This document shows, one piece after another, positions 14,040 through 27,120 of a DNA stretch of 64,000 nucleotides (position 1 is its first letter; every line of letters starts with the position of its first letter). The stretch spans positions 76,696,001 through 76,760,000 of the forward strand of contig OZ076409.1 in NCBI GenBank assembly GCA_964187785.1, in the 5' to 3' direction. The DNA is from Amphiscolops sp. MND2022. Taxonomy: Eukaryota. A model generated the notes under the pieces. It was given only the letters and a program-made list of their open reading frames with translations, made no database searches and was not told the DNA's origin. Position numbers and translations under genes: made by a program.

Positions 14040-14620
14040 AAAAGACTTTTACAGTTTTCGGCATTGTGAGATTTTCTCAGTAGTCCAGCACGCTATATCC
14101 AAACTTCAGACGTTATATCCGAAGTAAGTTGCGTTTCATTGAAGAGGAGGTCGAGGTTCAAAAATACTGCGCTATATCCGAATTTTTGACGTACCCGAAG
14201 AATATTGCGGTTTACTAAGCAGGAAGCGGAGGTTCGAAAAATTGCGCTATATCCGAATTGTGCTGAAGACCTACGGCTTTTTTCGGCACTGCGATTTTTT
14301 CGAAAGAGTTCTCTTTCTGTTAAATGGTACCCCCTTCATTTTAAAGTTTTTGGCTTGGAAAAAGCGTTTTGCGAATTTAATGGGCCTCCTTTTGGGTTTT
14401 TCGGCACTGAGACTTTCCAAAGGAAAAAAATCCGAATTTTTCTCAAAAATGGCTTCTTTGTGGTTTCTATTTGGAGAAAAGTGGATTTCGAGTCTTATGC
14501 GTATCGGGTATTTTTTGGCACTGTAAAATTGATGAAATTTCAACAATAGTGTCCTTTCCATATTTACGAAACTTGGTTTTTTGAACCTTGAGCGGGCGCC
14601 GCCTTGGCCCGTTCCCGACT
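14040..14620 (+). mobile_element. Partial HINE family A copy with internal ~70-bp tandem repeats
   Basis: 3' end ttgagcgggcgccgccttggcccgttcccgactt; the gctatatccgaa...gaggttcaaaa units are the reverse complement of those at 54080-54480. Confidence 0.55.
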
Positions 14621-17600
14621 TTCTTCACTTTTCTGTAAAATGTTAAGCATTGATTCGTGGTGTTTTTCAAGCCTATTTATAAGCGCCTCACTGTTTTCAC
14701 GATGTTTTTGGTATTTTCTTGCTATTTTTTGGGAAAGGTCATCGTTTTTCTGTTGCTCAAACGTGCTCAACTTCTAGCTGGACTCCCCTGGTTCCCGGAC
14801 GCTTACAGAGAGCTATAATTTTAATCGTTCTACGAGTTTCTGATTTCACCTGTAGACAAATTTCAGCTGAGGATTTCTTGGCGTTTTTTGGATGTTCATT
14901 CTCATAGCTCTAAAATTGTTCAACTCGCTTAACCACATGCGTTGAACCTTTCTAGTTTGCTAGTATACAGTTAGACTTAGCCTTAGACAAGTTCAAGCGA
15001 AGCACGGCTTCGCCTCTGTATGTGTGTTGCTAAGAAATCAGTTGCAACAAAAACAATGCTCCGTTCTTTGATGGTTTTTCCTCGCTTGAAAACTGTTGTG
15101 TAGGGTTTGTGGAATAGCAAAATAAATTGTGTACTCTCAATATTTTGTATGAACCTTCCGAGTCTTGTGGTCAAGAGAGGTTTGAAAAGTGTGATAAGTT
15201 TGATTCCTGTAAACAGAGAGTGAGTTTGGTAAAAATAAGTGGACCCAACTTACCAGAGGCAGACTACCTGTTTCAGGAGAAATGATAGGAAATATTAATT
15301 GCTTCCATAAAAGGTCTTCTCTGGTCACGAAATTTAAGAAAAGAAGATTTGAATGAGAAGCAAGGAGATGTGTTTTTATGTGGTGTGGCCGGTGGCTGAG
15401 AAAGCTCTGACAATGTTACCCCTTATGCAAGTTGTGAAAGCGGGAAAAATCAAAGGACCAGTTGGTTGGTTAGGAAATAATAACTTGAACGAGTTGTGGC
15501 CACTACAAAAGATAGGGATGATTATAATCTGATATATATATTTTATGCATCTTGTATCTCGTGCATCGCTCAGTATGCACCTCCTTTGTATCTTTGCCGA
15601 ATAGCAGCACTTTTTGCTTTGCTATGATGGTGTTACTTGGTTCTTTCTACCTTGGTTGGTAGTTGAGGCGGTGGCGGGCTATAGAAACATTGTCGTAAAA
15701 ACAGGCAAAGTTATGAGGTGTTGTTCTCAAAGGTGTTGCTCTATGTTAAGAATGCGGCATCAATAGTTGTAGTAGAGTTAGCGTCGTGATAGTTGCAATG
15801 TGTTAAAGCAACATTTGAGCACCGTTATTTGATAAGTTAATACTTATTGATTATTAGCTATCGACCCAAGCTGGCCATATTTTCTTTATTCTTGTCTCTT
15901 CTTTATTTCCCAAATTTCTTTCAACTTTATAGTCGCTTGTCATGACGCCATGCAACAATCATCTGCCCAGGTAGAAACATAATAACCAAGATTTCCCCTC
16001 TCACTTCCGCTCCTGCTTCTGGTTCTTTTGCCACCCTTTTGGGGGTGCCAGGGGACGGCCGAGTTGTGACGCCATGCATCAAGCACTGGGTGTGGCAGTG
16101 GAGGTTTTGGGGCAAGTAGCAAGTATTGATGTGGTATTTTGGGTATTTTTATGGGAACGGGGTCCTAAGGTTGTTGCGTTGTCTAAGTTCACTAAATCAG
16201 TTGCTCGACCGAATCGGTCACCGCTTTTTACTTGTGCGCCTGTTATGTTACTGCTAGCTCCGGAAAAACTTGCTGATGAGGTTGTCATTCTTGTTTCCAT
16301 TAAAAATTCCATCGGCCACCCATCTTAGTTAAGTCTCCTTTTTAAAACAGTCAATAAAAATCTTGCGCAAAAGTTATTTTGAATTAAAGACATGAATTGA
16401 AGGCAATGCAAATCAAGCGCATGGGGCGAAAAGCATTTACTGAATTTACAGTTGGGATTAAAAATATCCCTCTTTAAATCTTTCTAAATTACAAGTTAAA
16501 GAGGTTTCGAGATGTGCACTTGAAAGCAAACATCTGACAAAATTTTTATTACTCACTGTTTTTAATGGTGGTTGAACTATTAGAAGAGTACATGTCATAA
16601 TCAATAAAATTGGTAAATGAAGGCTCTTGAAGTGGATGAATGTTTGAGCGGAGAGTAGTTGTTAATATGGTGGTAACTTCGCTCCCGGTTGATGTGCTGC
16701 TGGTAAATCGTTGTTAAATCGAGACACCAAAAGTGCTTACAATGAAATAAAAGAAAAAGTGCTTGCTTTCTGATTGTGAAGTCAATTAAGAGCATGAGCG
16801 CGTGTCGTGCATTGAGAAATTGCATGGAATGAAACATGGAATGACGGACAAAATGGAGTCGATGTTGAACTTTTTATGAAATTTTACGGCTCCTTTCAAG
16901 TGAGAGAATTGTTCTGCAGAATCCGTCTGAGAAGGAATAGAGCACAGAGGCAAGGCAATGAAAAACAGATAATGTTGCGCTACTTGTGCTGCATTAATAA
17001 TTGAATAATAAGCCAGTGCGTGTGTCACTGCGAAGAAGGCACAATTAGGAGTTAAGAGAGGAAACCCGAGTTGTTCCTCGGGGTGGGAGGGGGTGCAACC
17101 CTAATCGTGTACCGAGAAGCGATAGTTGCACCAATGGGAAAGTACTGCACCTGAAGTTGATGTGACGTAACGGTGTCTGACGTTTGTGAAGAAGAATACG
17201 GGAAGCGTCTACGCCGCACCGGTGAAAGCAGTTGTAAGAAAGGACAAGGTAATAATAGGCTTTGATTAACACATGTGCTTTTGACAGTGATCCAAAAAGG
17301 CTGTTGGTATGCTTGAGATGGAGTCATGCAAGACACCAAGAATTTTCAGTGTGATCCTTTCATCGAGAGAACTGAGCAGCAGTTTCAAAGTCAAATAAGG
17401 CACTCGAAAATGTCAATCTAGCAGGTAAAGCCACTGACCAGGGCCGGTTGGGAGCAGCAAGCGAGTTGAGCAATGGTAAGTTGAGAAGCAGGCAGAGGAA
17501 GAGAGGGTTTAAGAGCCAATGAAAAGTTGACAGGTCGCTAAGTTGACGACTACAAGAACGCTTGCGTGGACAGTAGTAGAGCGGCAATAGTTAAGTAAGT

Positions 17601-18745
17601 ATTTGCAGAAGCCTATCTCGCCTGAGGAGGGGGAGGGAGGGTCTCGTTGACCAGTATTGACTTGGAAAAAAGTTACAGGTTATAAAAAAAATATTGCAGT
17701 TATAAACGAGCTCTGTGGGTTGGGTGAATTATCAGCTGCTCCGTCTTGCTTTTTATCCTGTTGCTATCACGACCAGTTGTAGTTGCAACTGCCCTTGTAT
17801 TACAATGTGCAGTAGCGAATAAATTTATGCCAATCAAAAACCGGCCAACAAAAAACGGCACGGCTCCAACGCAGTCCCGTACTAGCTACACCTTTGAATT
17901 TCTTGGCTGACAAACGAAGACATGAATTATTCAAGTCGCTTCTAAGCCAGTTACCGTTTTTTTGTTGTCTTGAAAACGCTCCAAATTTCTCATCTACCAA
18001 ACAGTAAGTTTTTGACAGATTTCTTTATCCGAGTATTTTTGTCACGTAATTATAGTATTTGAGATGTTTTCAGTCGCAGCAATGATGCGGCGCGCCTTTT
18101 GTGTACGTCAATTTTATGTGTTCTTTTCTGGCGCTTTTGAACTCGAGAAAATTTAAACATCGATTCTGAAATGTCAATGGTTGAGCGGTTTGAGTATCAG
18201 AGGCTCCGTTTGGATAAATAAATTATAAAACAGTATTTTTGTAGCATTGTTTCCAACAGCAACTGCGATGGCGACCCTGTGGCATTTTCTAATATGCGTT
18301 TTTTGTTTGATAAAAATATCAAGAATGTCACAAAATTTCGAGGATAGTTTCCTTTCAAATTAAGGCACCTGCTTATTTTGTGTGTGTGTTGCTGAAACTT
18401 TGTTGAGAATGGATTATTTTAGCATTACTTACTGCTACTCTTTGCGTGCTTCCATGCTAACCACTTTTTTATATAATCGAATTTTCTTGAGCCACTTTAC
18501 TTTTATTGCATTTTCGTATGATTCCAACGGCTTTGTCCTTTTTGCTGTATGGCAAACGCGCGGAAATTTCAGTTCAAGCATGATCAAGTCATAGGGAAAC
18601 TTTTTATTAGTTCAACTTCGTACAGGACTCTTTTTGTTACAAAATCAAATTACCATCACAAACTTTCAGCGTTTCAGAAAACATGCCAGTGTTTGTTGCC
18701 TCACCATAGAACACATCTCAATTTTGATTTTTCAATTCTGAATCA

Positions 18746-19176
18746 CAGGGGTTGTCAACAATTAATTGCCCCCAAAAATTAATTGGCAAAATAATTGAAC
18801 ACTATGTGATCATTGATTGTTTGAAAATACACAGCACGAAGAATACAAGAAAATCATGAATGAAACGAAATGAAATTTCTCTCAAGTTGTTTCATCATTT
18901 GCTTCGGAGAAGGCAGTAATCTTCACTCAAGGATTAACTGGATTTGCCCATCTTTAAAGCCATTTTCGTTTGTGGACGATGAGTTAAGAACCTAACGCCT
19001 ATGAATCTCGAAACGCAGTTGTTTTTGAGAATGAACGAAGAGTTTTGGGAGACCCCGAACTAGTAACTCAAATCTGCGAACATGTTGCATGGATTGTTCG
19101 TTTTTGTAATTGCAATTAATTAGTTGTTTGCAAATAATTGATTTTTTTCTATGCAATTAATTGTTGACAGCTCCTG
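18746..19176 (+). mobile_element. hAT-derived non-autonomous element
   Basis: 24-bp imperfect TIRs CAGGGGTTGTCAACAATTAATTGC / GCAATTAATTGTTGACAGCTCCTG. The internal remnant NLTPMNLETQLFLRMNEEFW (~18989-19048) resembles the hAT C-terminal dimerisation region. No clean 8-bp TSD. Confidence 0.6.
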
Positions 19177-19387
19177 TACTGAATGGTTTTTTTGCCGCCC
19201 TTTGTTTATAGATTTCAAAGAAACATTCGAGAGTCACGATATTTTTTCGTGAATTACGGAATAATGTCGAGAGCTCAGCTCAGGCTATGTTAATGAAGAA
19301 TTTGACCGCAATTCGTGCGCCTTTAACCAGGAAGTCTCGGGTGTTCGGGTACTGGGCTGTTTTCGTTTTAGTAAAAGTTTAGTTTGA

Positions 19388-20335
19388 ACAAGCTGTAACC
19401 GGCCCAAGTCGCCCCGCTCAAGTTTTGAGAAACCAAAATTTCCCAAATATGCAAAAAAATATATTTCAGCAAAAAAAAACAAGTTTTATAAATTTCTCAG
19501 TCCGGAAAATACCCCAAGGGATACGCATAAGACTCGAGAACCACATTTTCCCCAACTGGAAACACAAAAAACCCAGTTTTTGAAAAATATATTTTTTCGA
19601 AAGTTATTGTCGGGAGTAAGTCTCATAGTGCCGAAAAGGGTGCTTTAATCTCAAAAAACGTTTTTTTTGAAGGCGAAAACATGAAAGTTTTATGGAAACA
19701 CTTTGACTAAACTAAAAATTTTTTTCGAAGACGCACAGTGCCGAAAAAACCGTACGTCATTTCCACAACTATTGAGAGACTCATCCGTTCCACAGGACCA
19801 AAAAATAATCAATGAGGTCACCCTCTTAACTCCGCAAAGTGTTTTCCTCACGAAAAACAAATGAGAGAAAACTTTTTAAAAAATTTTTTCCTCAATTTTT
19901 TAAAATCTTAGGTAAGTCGCGTTGTGCCGGAAAAAAACGAGCATGGCCCTCTATGCTCGCAAAACAGTTTGTTCCTACTAAAAATCGAAAGGGGGCTAAA
20001 AATCACATCATTTCGATTGGAGAAATTTTTGAAAAAAGTCGCATAGTGCCAAAAAAAATTAAAGGGGGACCCTTTGGTCCCCCCGATTTTTGCAAACAAT
20101 AGAAAAATATTTTTTAACGCGAGACTTGAACCGACGTATTTCTGCTTCTCATACCTCGCCACGAGGACAGGAAATCCGCGTCAACCATAAGGCCAAGTGG
20201 CAATGAGAAGTTACTAACTTTGCCAAAATTGAAGAACTTCAAAATTTTATTTTGGCTGGCTCAGGTGTTTCGAAAAAAAAATAACGAAAAGCTATGACTA
20301 TAGTGACTCTTTTTGGAAAAAGCGCCGACTAAAAA
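19388..20335 (-). mobile_element. HINE family A copy
   Basis: Starts acaagctgtaaccggcccaagtcgccccgctcaag and ends aaaagcgccgactaaaaa; collinear with 42163-42948. Confidence 0.7.
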
Positions 20336-22063
20336 TTGTTATAAAGTAGTGAAAATCAAACATTTTCGCAGAAATATCCCGAAGTCAATATGTTGTCGGA
20401 TCTATTCAACGAAAGTATTTCTGCTCGACTAAGCGCCTCGTGGAAATTAAATCGAGGAGTTCGAAATTTGCACTCAGTTAAAAAAATGTACGTTCGTTTT
20501 TCGTGGGGAAAACTTCGGAAGTTCGTCGACTATTTCTTGTTTAATAATTTTGTAATGTTTATTTTATCGGTTTAGTTTGAGCAGTTTTAATTTTCAAATG
20601 ATATAAAATGAACACGATATTGTTTCGCTTCAATGTTGGTTACGATAGAGTTGAGGATCTTATGAATTGAACTGAGGAAGTAAGATGAAATGTGCCTGCC
20701 TGTTCAGTAGAGATTGTAAAATTCAGCCACTGAGAGATATAAAGCCCACCCGATCAAACGAAAGCGACATCCAAGAGATGTCAAGTGTATTAGTTTTGAT
20801 GTATCTGAAGGAAGAAAATCAGTATAACATCAAGTAAGAAACAACTCCTTCGATATTTCGCCTATATGCTTTTTTGTTGTGTCCTGGTTTCTGCTTTTCG
20901 CCGACATGCAACAATAATCTGGGGTTTTTATTTTGAATGTTGCGTTTTGCAAAAAACGATTTTAATCTGAAATTTGCTTTTTACTGTCTTTGAAAATATC
21001 TTCATTGCGGCATCCAAGATAACATCAAAAACATGGTTAAGTAACACTTTGGCTTTTCATTGAAATCTTCATGAAATTTAATCTCAAATGCAACATTCGT
21101 TTTGTTTACGATATGTTGCTATAGACATATCTGGCGTTTGTGTATCGAATTATAGCTACGTCAAAGCGAGCAACTGTGAAGACAGTATTTTGCAGAAATT
21201 TTATGTTCTATAAACATACTCGCCCAGTAAATAGTTTCGTTTGCAATGCGCCTTCATGGTAGCTTTTTAGTTTTGCTTCCTTATTATTTTCCGCCCATAA
21301 TTTCATGTTTTTCCAAATTTGCCATGTTCCACAGAATCCAACTACCATAAGATGGGTTTCGTGAGATTTGTACTTCTAGAGGTGTTTGAACTTCTTTGGA
21401 AATGATTATATTGACCCCAATTTAGTCAAAAATTCCTTTATTCGCAATTTTATTGAATTTTTGAATGCTTTTGTGAATAGAGAAGAATCCGTAAAGCTAA
21501 AGATAAGTCCCCCAAAATGACAGCAAAATTTTCATGACGCAAATTTTTATTCTGTTTTTGAAACGCTTGAAACTCGATTAAATACGAGAACATTCGCCTG
21601 AATATCGAGAACGAACTATACCGCAGATCGAAATGATTGTCTAAAAATGCCACAGGAATTGTTGGGATGTCAGATTCAGATTTTTAGGCATTTCGTATCG
21701 AAGTAGTAATGCTTTTGGGAATGAAATTATTACATTTTTTAAGGGACGCGTTTTCCAAGAAATTAAAAGACGTGGGTTTCACGACAGAATACCAGGCGAT
21801 GAGTCAAAATATCATGGGAAAAACACCACATGACAAAATACCAGCATATTAAACTTCCTATAGTGCCCTTAATACAGGAGCGAAGCGAAGCGACACGTAT
21901 TTCTTGACTGGTGGTTGTTTTTGAAGGCCGGCTTGCAGGGGCGTGAAGCCCACCCCGTAAAGGAGGAAGGCCGAGTCTTGAGTATTTAATGAGACGCTTT
22001 ATTGTTAACTTAGCTTGTTTGTCTTCTGTCATGTCAATGAATTAGTTTCACGTGTCATTAATT

Positions 22064-22489
22064 ACATTTGCGATAGGCAAATGTTATGGGAAAGTGCGGG
22101 TGCTTTTTTCCACGCGACAACTCTCGTTTCAGCCCGCAAGTCGCACAGTTCAGGCCTTCGTGGTCTAGTGGTAAGATGCTCGCTTTTCAACCCAGAAGGT
22201 TCGTGTTCGAACCGGTGCGTATGGATTAATTTTTTACAAGCATTCCGATGCAGACGGTTTCGCGTTTTTCGGCACTATGCGACTTACCGGAGACCTTCAT
22301 CAAAAAAAGTTTTCGAAAAGTTTCGAAAACAATTGAATTTTTCGTTTTTGAAAGGTTTTCAGTTGAGAAAGATGGGGTTTTCGGTGTTTCCAGTTGGGGA
22401 AAAATGGTTTTCGAGATGTCCTTTTACCCTTGGTTCTCCGTATGATATTGCTTATTTGGTTCTCTCTTCGCACGGCTTCGCCTCTGTGT
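22064..22489 (+). mobile_element. HINE family B copy (internally deleted) with a tRNA-like segment
   Basis: 5' hairpin ACATTTGC-gatag-GCAAATGT, tRNA-like A/B-box segment at ~22152-22215, 3' gcacggcttcgcctctgtg; homologous to 46064-47030. Confidence 0.65.
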
Positions 22490-22772
22490 CAAGTCTGATT
22501 TTTGTCCCTGTGGTAATTTTTCCTTATTGTATTGTAACCAAAAGTGAAATCTCACCAGATGTCTGAATTTGAGTTTCGAATCCTGAAGGACTATTCTTTA
22601 TTGCTTTTATTGGCTTTCCTTTGAACTAAATGTTGGTTTTAACGGGTCATAAAGTTGCTTTTTGTTCTGATTAGTACATACTTCAATTCCCTCCCTAATA
22701 TCTTTTTGCTATTGTGACATCTTAACCTGAACGTTTCAAATTAGATTTTTGGCCTTTAAATAATACTGAATA

Positions 22773-22945
22773 CAGTCAACTCCGGTTAATTCGTATCCGG
22801 ATAGTTCGGATCTTCGTCTAATTCGTATAGATTTGAGACCCCCATTTCGTGACGATCGAAGTAATATCATCCAGTTAATTCGTATTTGTCACTATTCGTA
22901 CTAATTTATTCGGTCCCTAGCGAACGAATTAGGCGGATTCCACTG
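22773..22945. mobile_element. Tc1/mariner-type MITE
   Basis: TA on both sides (22771-72, 22946-47) and imperfect 22-bp TIRs CAGTCAACTCCGGTTAATTCGT / ACGAATTAGGCGGATTCCACTG. Confidence 0.75.
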
Positions 22946-23399
22946 TATTACAATTTATTATCGGATTTTTTGAGTAATAATATAATAATAATTGAATTTA
23001 TCAGAGTTCACTATAGATAATATTTCATAATATGCGTACATATATGTTATATATAATCGTATAGAAATATCAACACATAAGTACAAACGTAAAAATAATA
23101 TAGCCCCTGTAAAGGCTTCCCATAAGCACAGAGGTTTTTCGAGGGAAACCTTTTGAAACAGTTTTTTTTTGGTTTTTTTGAGTGGTAAAGATTGACTTTT
23201 ATTCAACAGTTTCTATCTATCCAGCAAAAAAATCAATTGTAAATGAGATCTATTAATTCACCATTACCAAAAATGTAAAGATCTGCAATTTGGTGGTAGA
23301 AATTTTGAATTTTTTGTCCATTTCGCATATCAGTTCGTCAGTAGGTAAAACACCCCACTTGCGCCAGGCATTGATGAGTATTATTGCACGAGAATCTAG

Positions 23400-25130
23400 C
23401 CTATCATTTTCTGTAGGGAGGTTCCAAATCTTTAGACTTCTATTTCTTGTTTGTCGGTTTTGAGTTCCAATGCTAAGAGTTTCGAAACCATTTCGTATGT
23501 TTAATTGAAAACTTGAGAATCTCGTAGACTTGATACTCAAATACTGTTCCGATTCTTAGATGTTTGAATTTGTCTGTAACGCTGGTCCTGGTGGGTAGCC
23601 TTAAGGCTATCCTAATTAACTTTTTGGAATACGAAAATTTTGTGCAATTTGGTTTTCGGGCCCAGTCCATACAGAAGAACGCCACTCTGAAGAAGAGGTG
23701 ATATAAATGATCGAATATATTGCATTAATTGTTTTTCGTTCAACGTTGCCCTTAATTTGCAAAGAATTCCGCTATGTTGCACTAGTTTGGCAGTAACATG
23801 ATTAATATGTTCATCGAAGTTTAATTTTTTATCGAAGTGTATGCCCAGGTATTTGTAACTGTCACAAGAATAATTTTCATGATCCCCAATTACTATATTC
23901 GGATGTTTCACTGATCTTTTCTCGAAAATGATAAACTTCGTTTCCGTCTAATTACAATCTAAGTTCATATTTGCCCAGCTTTGAAACAAAATTTTTTCCT
24001 CGGACTGAGTATTCAGTTTCTCGATCATAACTATCATCAGCATACTTTATAATTTCACTGTGCCAATCTTCATCGACGCCCAGGTCATTGATATAAACAA
24101 GAAATAAGAGAGGGCCTAGTATAGATCCCTATGGGACTCTACATTTTATTAATTTCATGGTTGAGCATTCACCTTCAGTTTTTTCATACTGGAATCTATT
24201 TGTTAAGTAACTCGTCACGAGTTTATGGGAAATACCTCTCATACCGACGTGATTCAATTTCTTCGATAAAACGCTATGATCAACTACATCCAATACTTTT
24301 CTGAAATCAACAAAAACACAGTTCCTTTCAACTTTGGACCTCCAGTTTGCTTCTATTGGTTTGAGAAGCGATGCTGCGGCTTGGACAGAATCTTTCTTTT
24401 TTCTGAACCCGTATTGATTTTCTTAGAGGATTCCAACTTTTTCAAAATAGTTAATCAATCTTTTATGTATTACTTTCTCGAACAGCTTTGATAAGTTTCC
24501 CAGAATAGAAATTGGCCTGTAATTGAAGCTAAATTTGTTTCTCCGGCTTTAAAAATTGGCATTACTTTACGAAACACACCTACATATATGCATTTTTTGA
24601 AGGCAGTTTTTAGATAAGGACTAACAATTTCGGATGTTTTCTTCAAAACTGCCACCTCAATGCAATCCATCCCAACAGATTTTTGTTTTTCAATCTGGAA
24701 GTGTGTTGCAAAATTTCAGCAGCAGTAACTGGACGGAGGAATATTGATCGCGGCTGTTCAGTTTGCTGACTGTTCCATTCGCGAGTTAAGATAGTGTCGG
24801 AGGTATCAACAGCAGTTATGAAGTAATTATTGAAGTCCTCAATAGATGAGACACCACATTCTGTCACTTGATTTCTAGTTCCTTTGTTTTTACATATCTG
24901 AAAAGTTCTTTCGAATTAGTGTGGTCAAGTTTAGTCTGAACTTCATTTCGCTTTGCTTTTTTGATTTCCATATTGACTGCATTTCGTTTCTTCTCGTATT
25001 TCTCGTAATCTTTATTTGATTTTGTTTTGATCCATAACCGAATGTTTTTCTCTGTTTGCGATGTGTCTCTTAATACAATTTGTTATCCATGATTGTTTGG
25101 GTTCACGTCCTTTCACTTGCTTAATTGAGT
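23400..25130 (-). pseudogene. Decayed non-LTR retrotransposon ORF2 (CR1/L2-like reverse transcriptase)
   Basis: Minus-strand translation gives VP*GSILGPLLFLVYINDL (~24081-24140), KYADDS (~24030-24048) and YKYLGIHFDKKLNFDEHINHV (ORF 23612-23911); many stops and frameshifts. Confidence 0.9.
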
Positions 25131-25938
25131 GATTCAGAATGTAACATGTGGACGCCTGAGTCGGCTGCTGCTCTATGGCTTTGAAGCTTCTGAGTTCAGT
25201 TTTTTTCTAAATTTGGTTCGAGATATCATTTTCAATAGCCAAACTCAATATAATTTAGAACCAAATTAATAACGTTTTTATGAAAGGGCGTTATCTAGAT
25301 CTTTCATGACTTGAAGTGTGTTATCTTGAGTTTGTCGAACGATAGTCATACATGAATCGAAGATTACTGTTTCTGAAAAAATGCATTTTGAACTTGAAGA
25401 AAATGTTCGTTGTTGTTTGAAGGCCGATAGTTGCGTCATAAAAATTTCAAAGAGGACATGTCCTACTTGAAATGCGACCTCATACCGTTCCGCCCCCTCC
25501 GGTCATTCAGAATGGTACTTTTTGAAGCCAAGGGCGAACTTATTGTCATTTTTGGACAACAGAGAAGCAACCTTTGTTCTGCTCGGCGAAAGACTTTGAT
25601 GTTTTGCAAAACAATTTTGCATTTGGTATTTACAATGTAAATTACTACTAAAGTCCGATGTTCGCTCAGATTTCTTTTAACTGACGTATTTTAATTATGA
25701 AAATACTCAAACACAAAATCCCAGATTACGTAGGCTATTCAAATTTGGACTGTCATTTGTATCTCATTTTAGATCAGGCGATGTCGGGTGCCTTTGCATT
25801 TCGCTGATGCCATTCAGATGCAGATATGCAACTGAAAAAGCTTTAGTTCATTCAGCAGATAAATTTTCCCCTGCACGGTCAGTCAATTCTTGAGACAAAA
25901 ACTGTAATCCTTGAATCTTTGAAAACAACAAAAATCAA

Positions 25939-27120
25939 ATGCATCAGTCGACCATGTCAGCAGTCCAATCATCTTTCTCTGTTTCTGAGTCTGAGAACTC
26001 ATCGTCTTTTCAAAGGCCCCAAGACCTCCCATCTTCGTCGAATGCCAGTCAGGAGCTTGCAATGGCAATGGCAAGTGCTGCAAGGATGCGGTCACCCAAC
26101 TCTCGCAAAGACTCGGCAGATATCAACAGGTGTTGCTGGGTCTGCTTCGCGGGCGAAGACGATCACGAGTCCAAAGAAGAAATATCCGGAGGCTGGTTGA
26201 AACCGTGCAAATGCCGCAATGCAACCAAATGGGTCCACCAACACTGTCTTCAGCGTTGGATTGATGAAAAACAAAGAGGAAACCCAAGTACTGTTGTTGC
26301 GTGTCCTCAATGCAACTATCCATATGTTATTCAGTTTCCTAAACAAACCAAATTCATCAAACTTCTGGAAATTTATGAACGATGGATCCAAAAGAGCTGT
26401 CCGCTTCTTGCTGCTGCATTCGCTGCCGGTGCAGTATACTGGACCTCAGTCAGTTACGGAGCTTTCACAATTATGCAGATTTTTGGATCCCGGGAGGGAT
26501 TAGAGCTCATTGAGAAGGGTGATCCTCTTTTTCTACTCATCGTCATGCCAGCAATTCCAATCTGTTTAGTTTTGGGAAAATTGGTCAAGTGGGAAGATTT
26601 GGTTCTGAAGCTTTGGAGAAAGCATTCCAAAAAAGTTTTGGACTTCTTTCAGAATGTCCCCGAAAGACGGTACTACGGTCAACGTGGCGTTAACCAACCC
26701 GCTCCCCAAGGTGCACGAGACCCCGTGGAAGCAGCCATCATCTCCGACCCAATAAGTGCAACCAGAGTTTTGTGTGGAGCCCTTGTTCTACCCACTATTT
26801 CTCTAATGTTCGGCAAAGTCCTCTTCTCTAAAGTGCAACCCAGTCTTCAGAGAACAATCCTCGGAGGAATCAGTTTTATCGTTTGCAAAGGTGTCCTCAA
26901 AATGTATTTCAGACAACAGCAGTTTCTACGAACCCTCAAGCGTGAAATCCAGAACTACAGCGAACCTCAGAGCTCAGCGGTGCAGACTTCGAATGTCCCA
27001 GCTGCTCCTCGCAACGAAGGAGTCCAGTTCGACATGCAGATGGGCGAGGATGACGCAACGGATGATGGCGACTCCCACACTGATAACCCCGAAGATGATG
27101 ATGCCTTCACCTCCGATTGA
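25939..27120 (+). CDS. MARCHF5: E3 ubiquitin-protein ligase MARCH5/MITOL (RING-CH domain plus transmembrane region), single exon
   Basis: CWVCFA...WLKPCKCRNATKWVHQHCLQRWIDEKQRGNPSTVVACPQC matches the MARCH5 RING-CH signature. Downstream DPLFLLI, DPISATRVLCGALVLPTI and LQRTILGGISF are conserved MARCH5 segments. AATAAA at ~27427. The exact start Met is uncertain. Confidence 0.95.
   Translation: MHQSTMSAVQSSFSVSESENSSSFQRPQDLPSSSNASQELAMAMASAARMRSPNSRKDSADINRCCWVCFAGEDDHESKEEISGGWLKPCKCRNATKWVHQHCLQRWIDEKQRGNPSTVVACPQCNYPYVIQFPKQTKFIKLLEIYERWIQKSCPLLAAAFAAGAVYWTSVSYGAFTIMQIFGSREGLELIEKGDPLFLLIVMPAIPICLVLGKLVKWEDLVLKLWRKHSKKVLDFFQNVPERRYYGQRGVNQPAPQGARDPVEAAIISDPISATRVLCGALVLPTISLMFGKVLFSKVQPSLQRTILGGISFIVCKGVLKMYFRQQQFLRTLKREIQNYSEPQSSAVQTSNVPAAPRNEGVQFDMQMGEDDATDDGDSHTDNPEDDDAFTSD

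Noticed and set aside
9793..14561. Numerous K/F-rich 60-140-aa ORFs (also 19839-20162, 22015-22566, 43240-43808, 45956-46504, 62119-62692)
   Set aside because: Chance ORFs in the poly-A/T-rich HINE and MITE repeats; frames are not conserved between copies.
15900..17650. Possible decayed LINE ORF1/endonuclease on the minus strand
   Set aside because: Only fragmentary Cys/His- and Pro/Ser-rich ORFs; no intact diagnostic motif.
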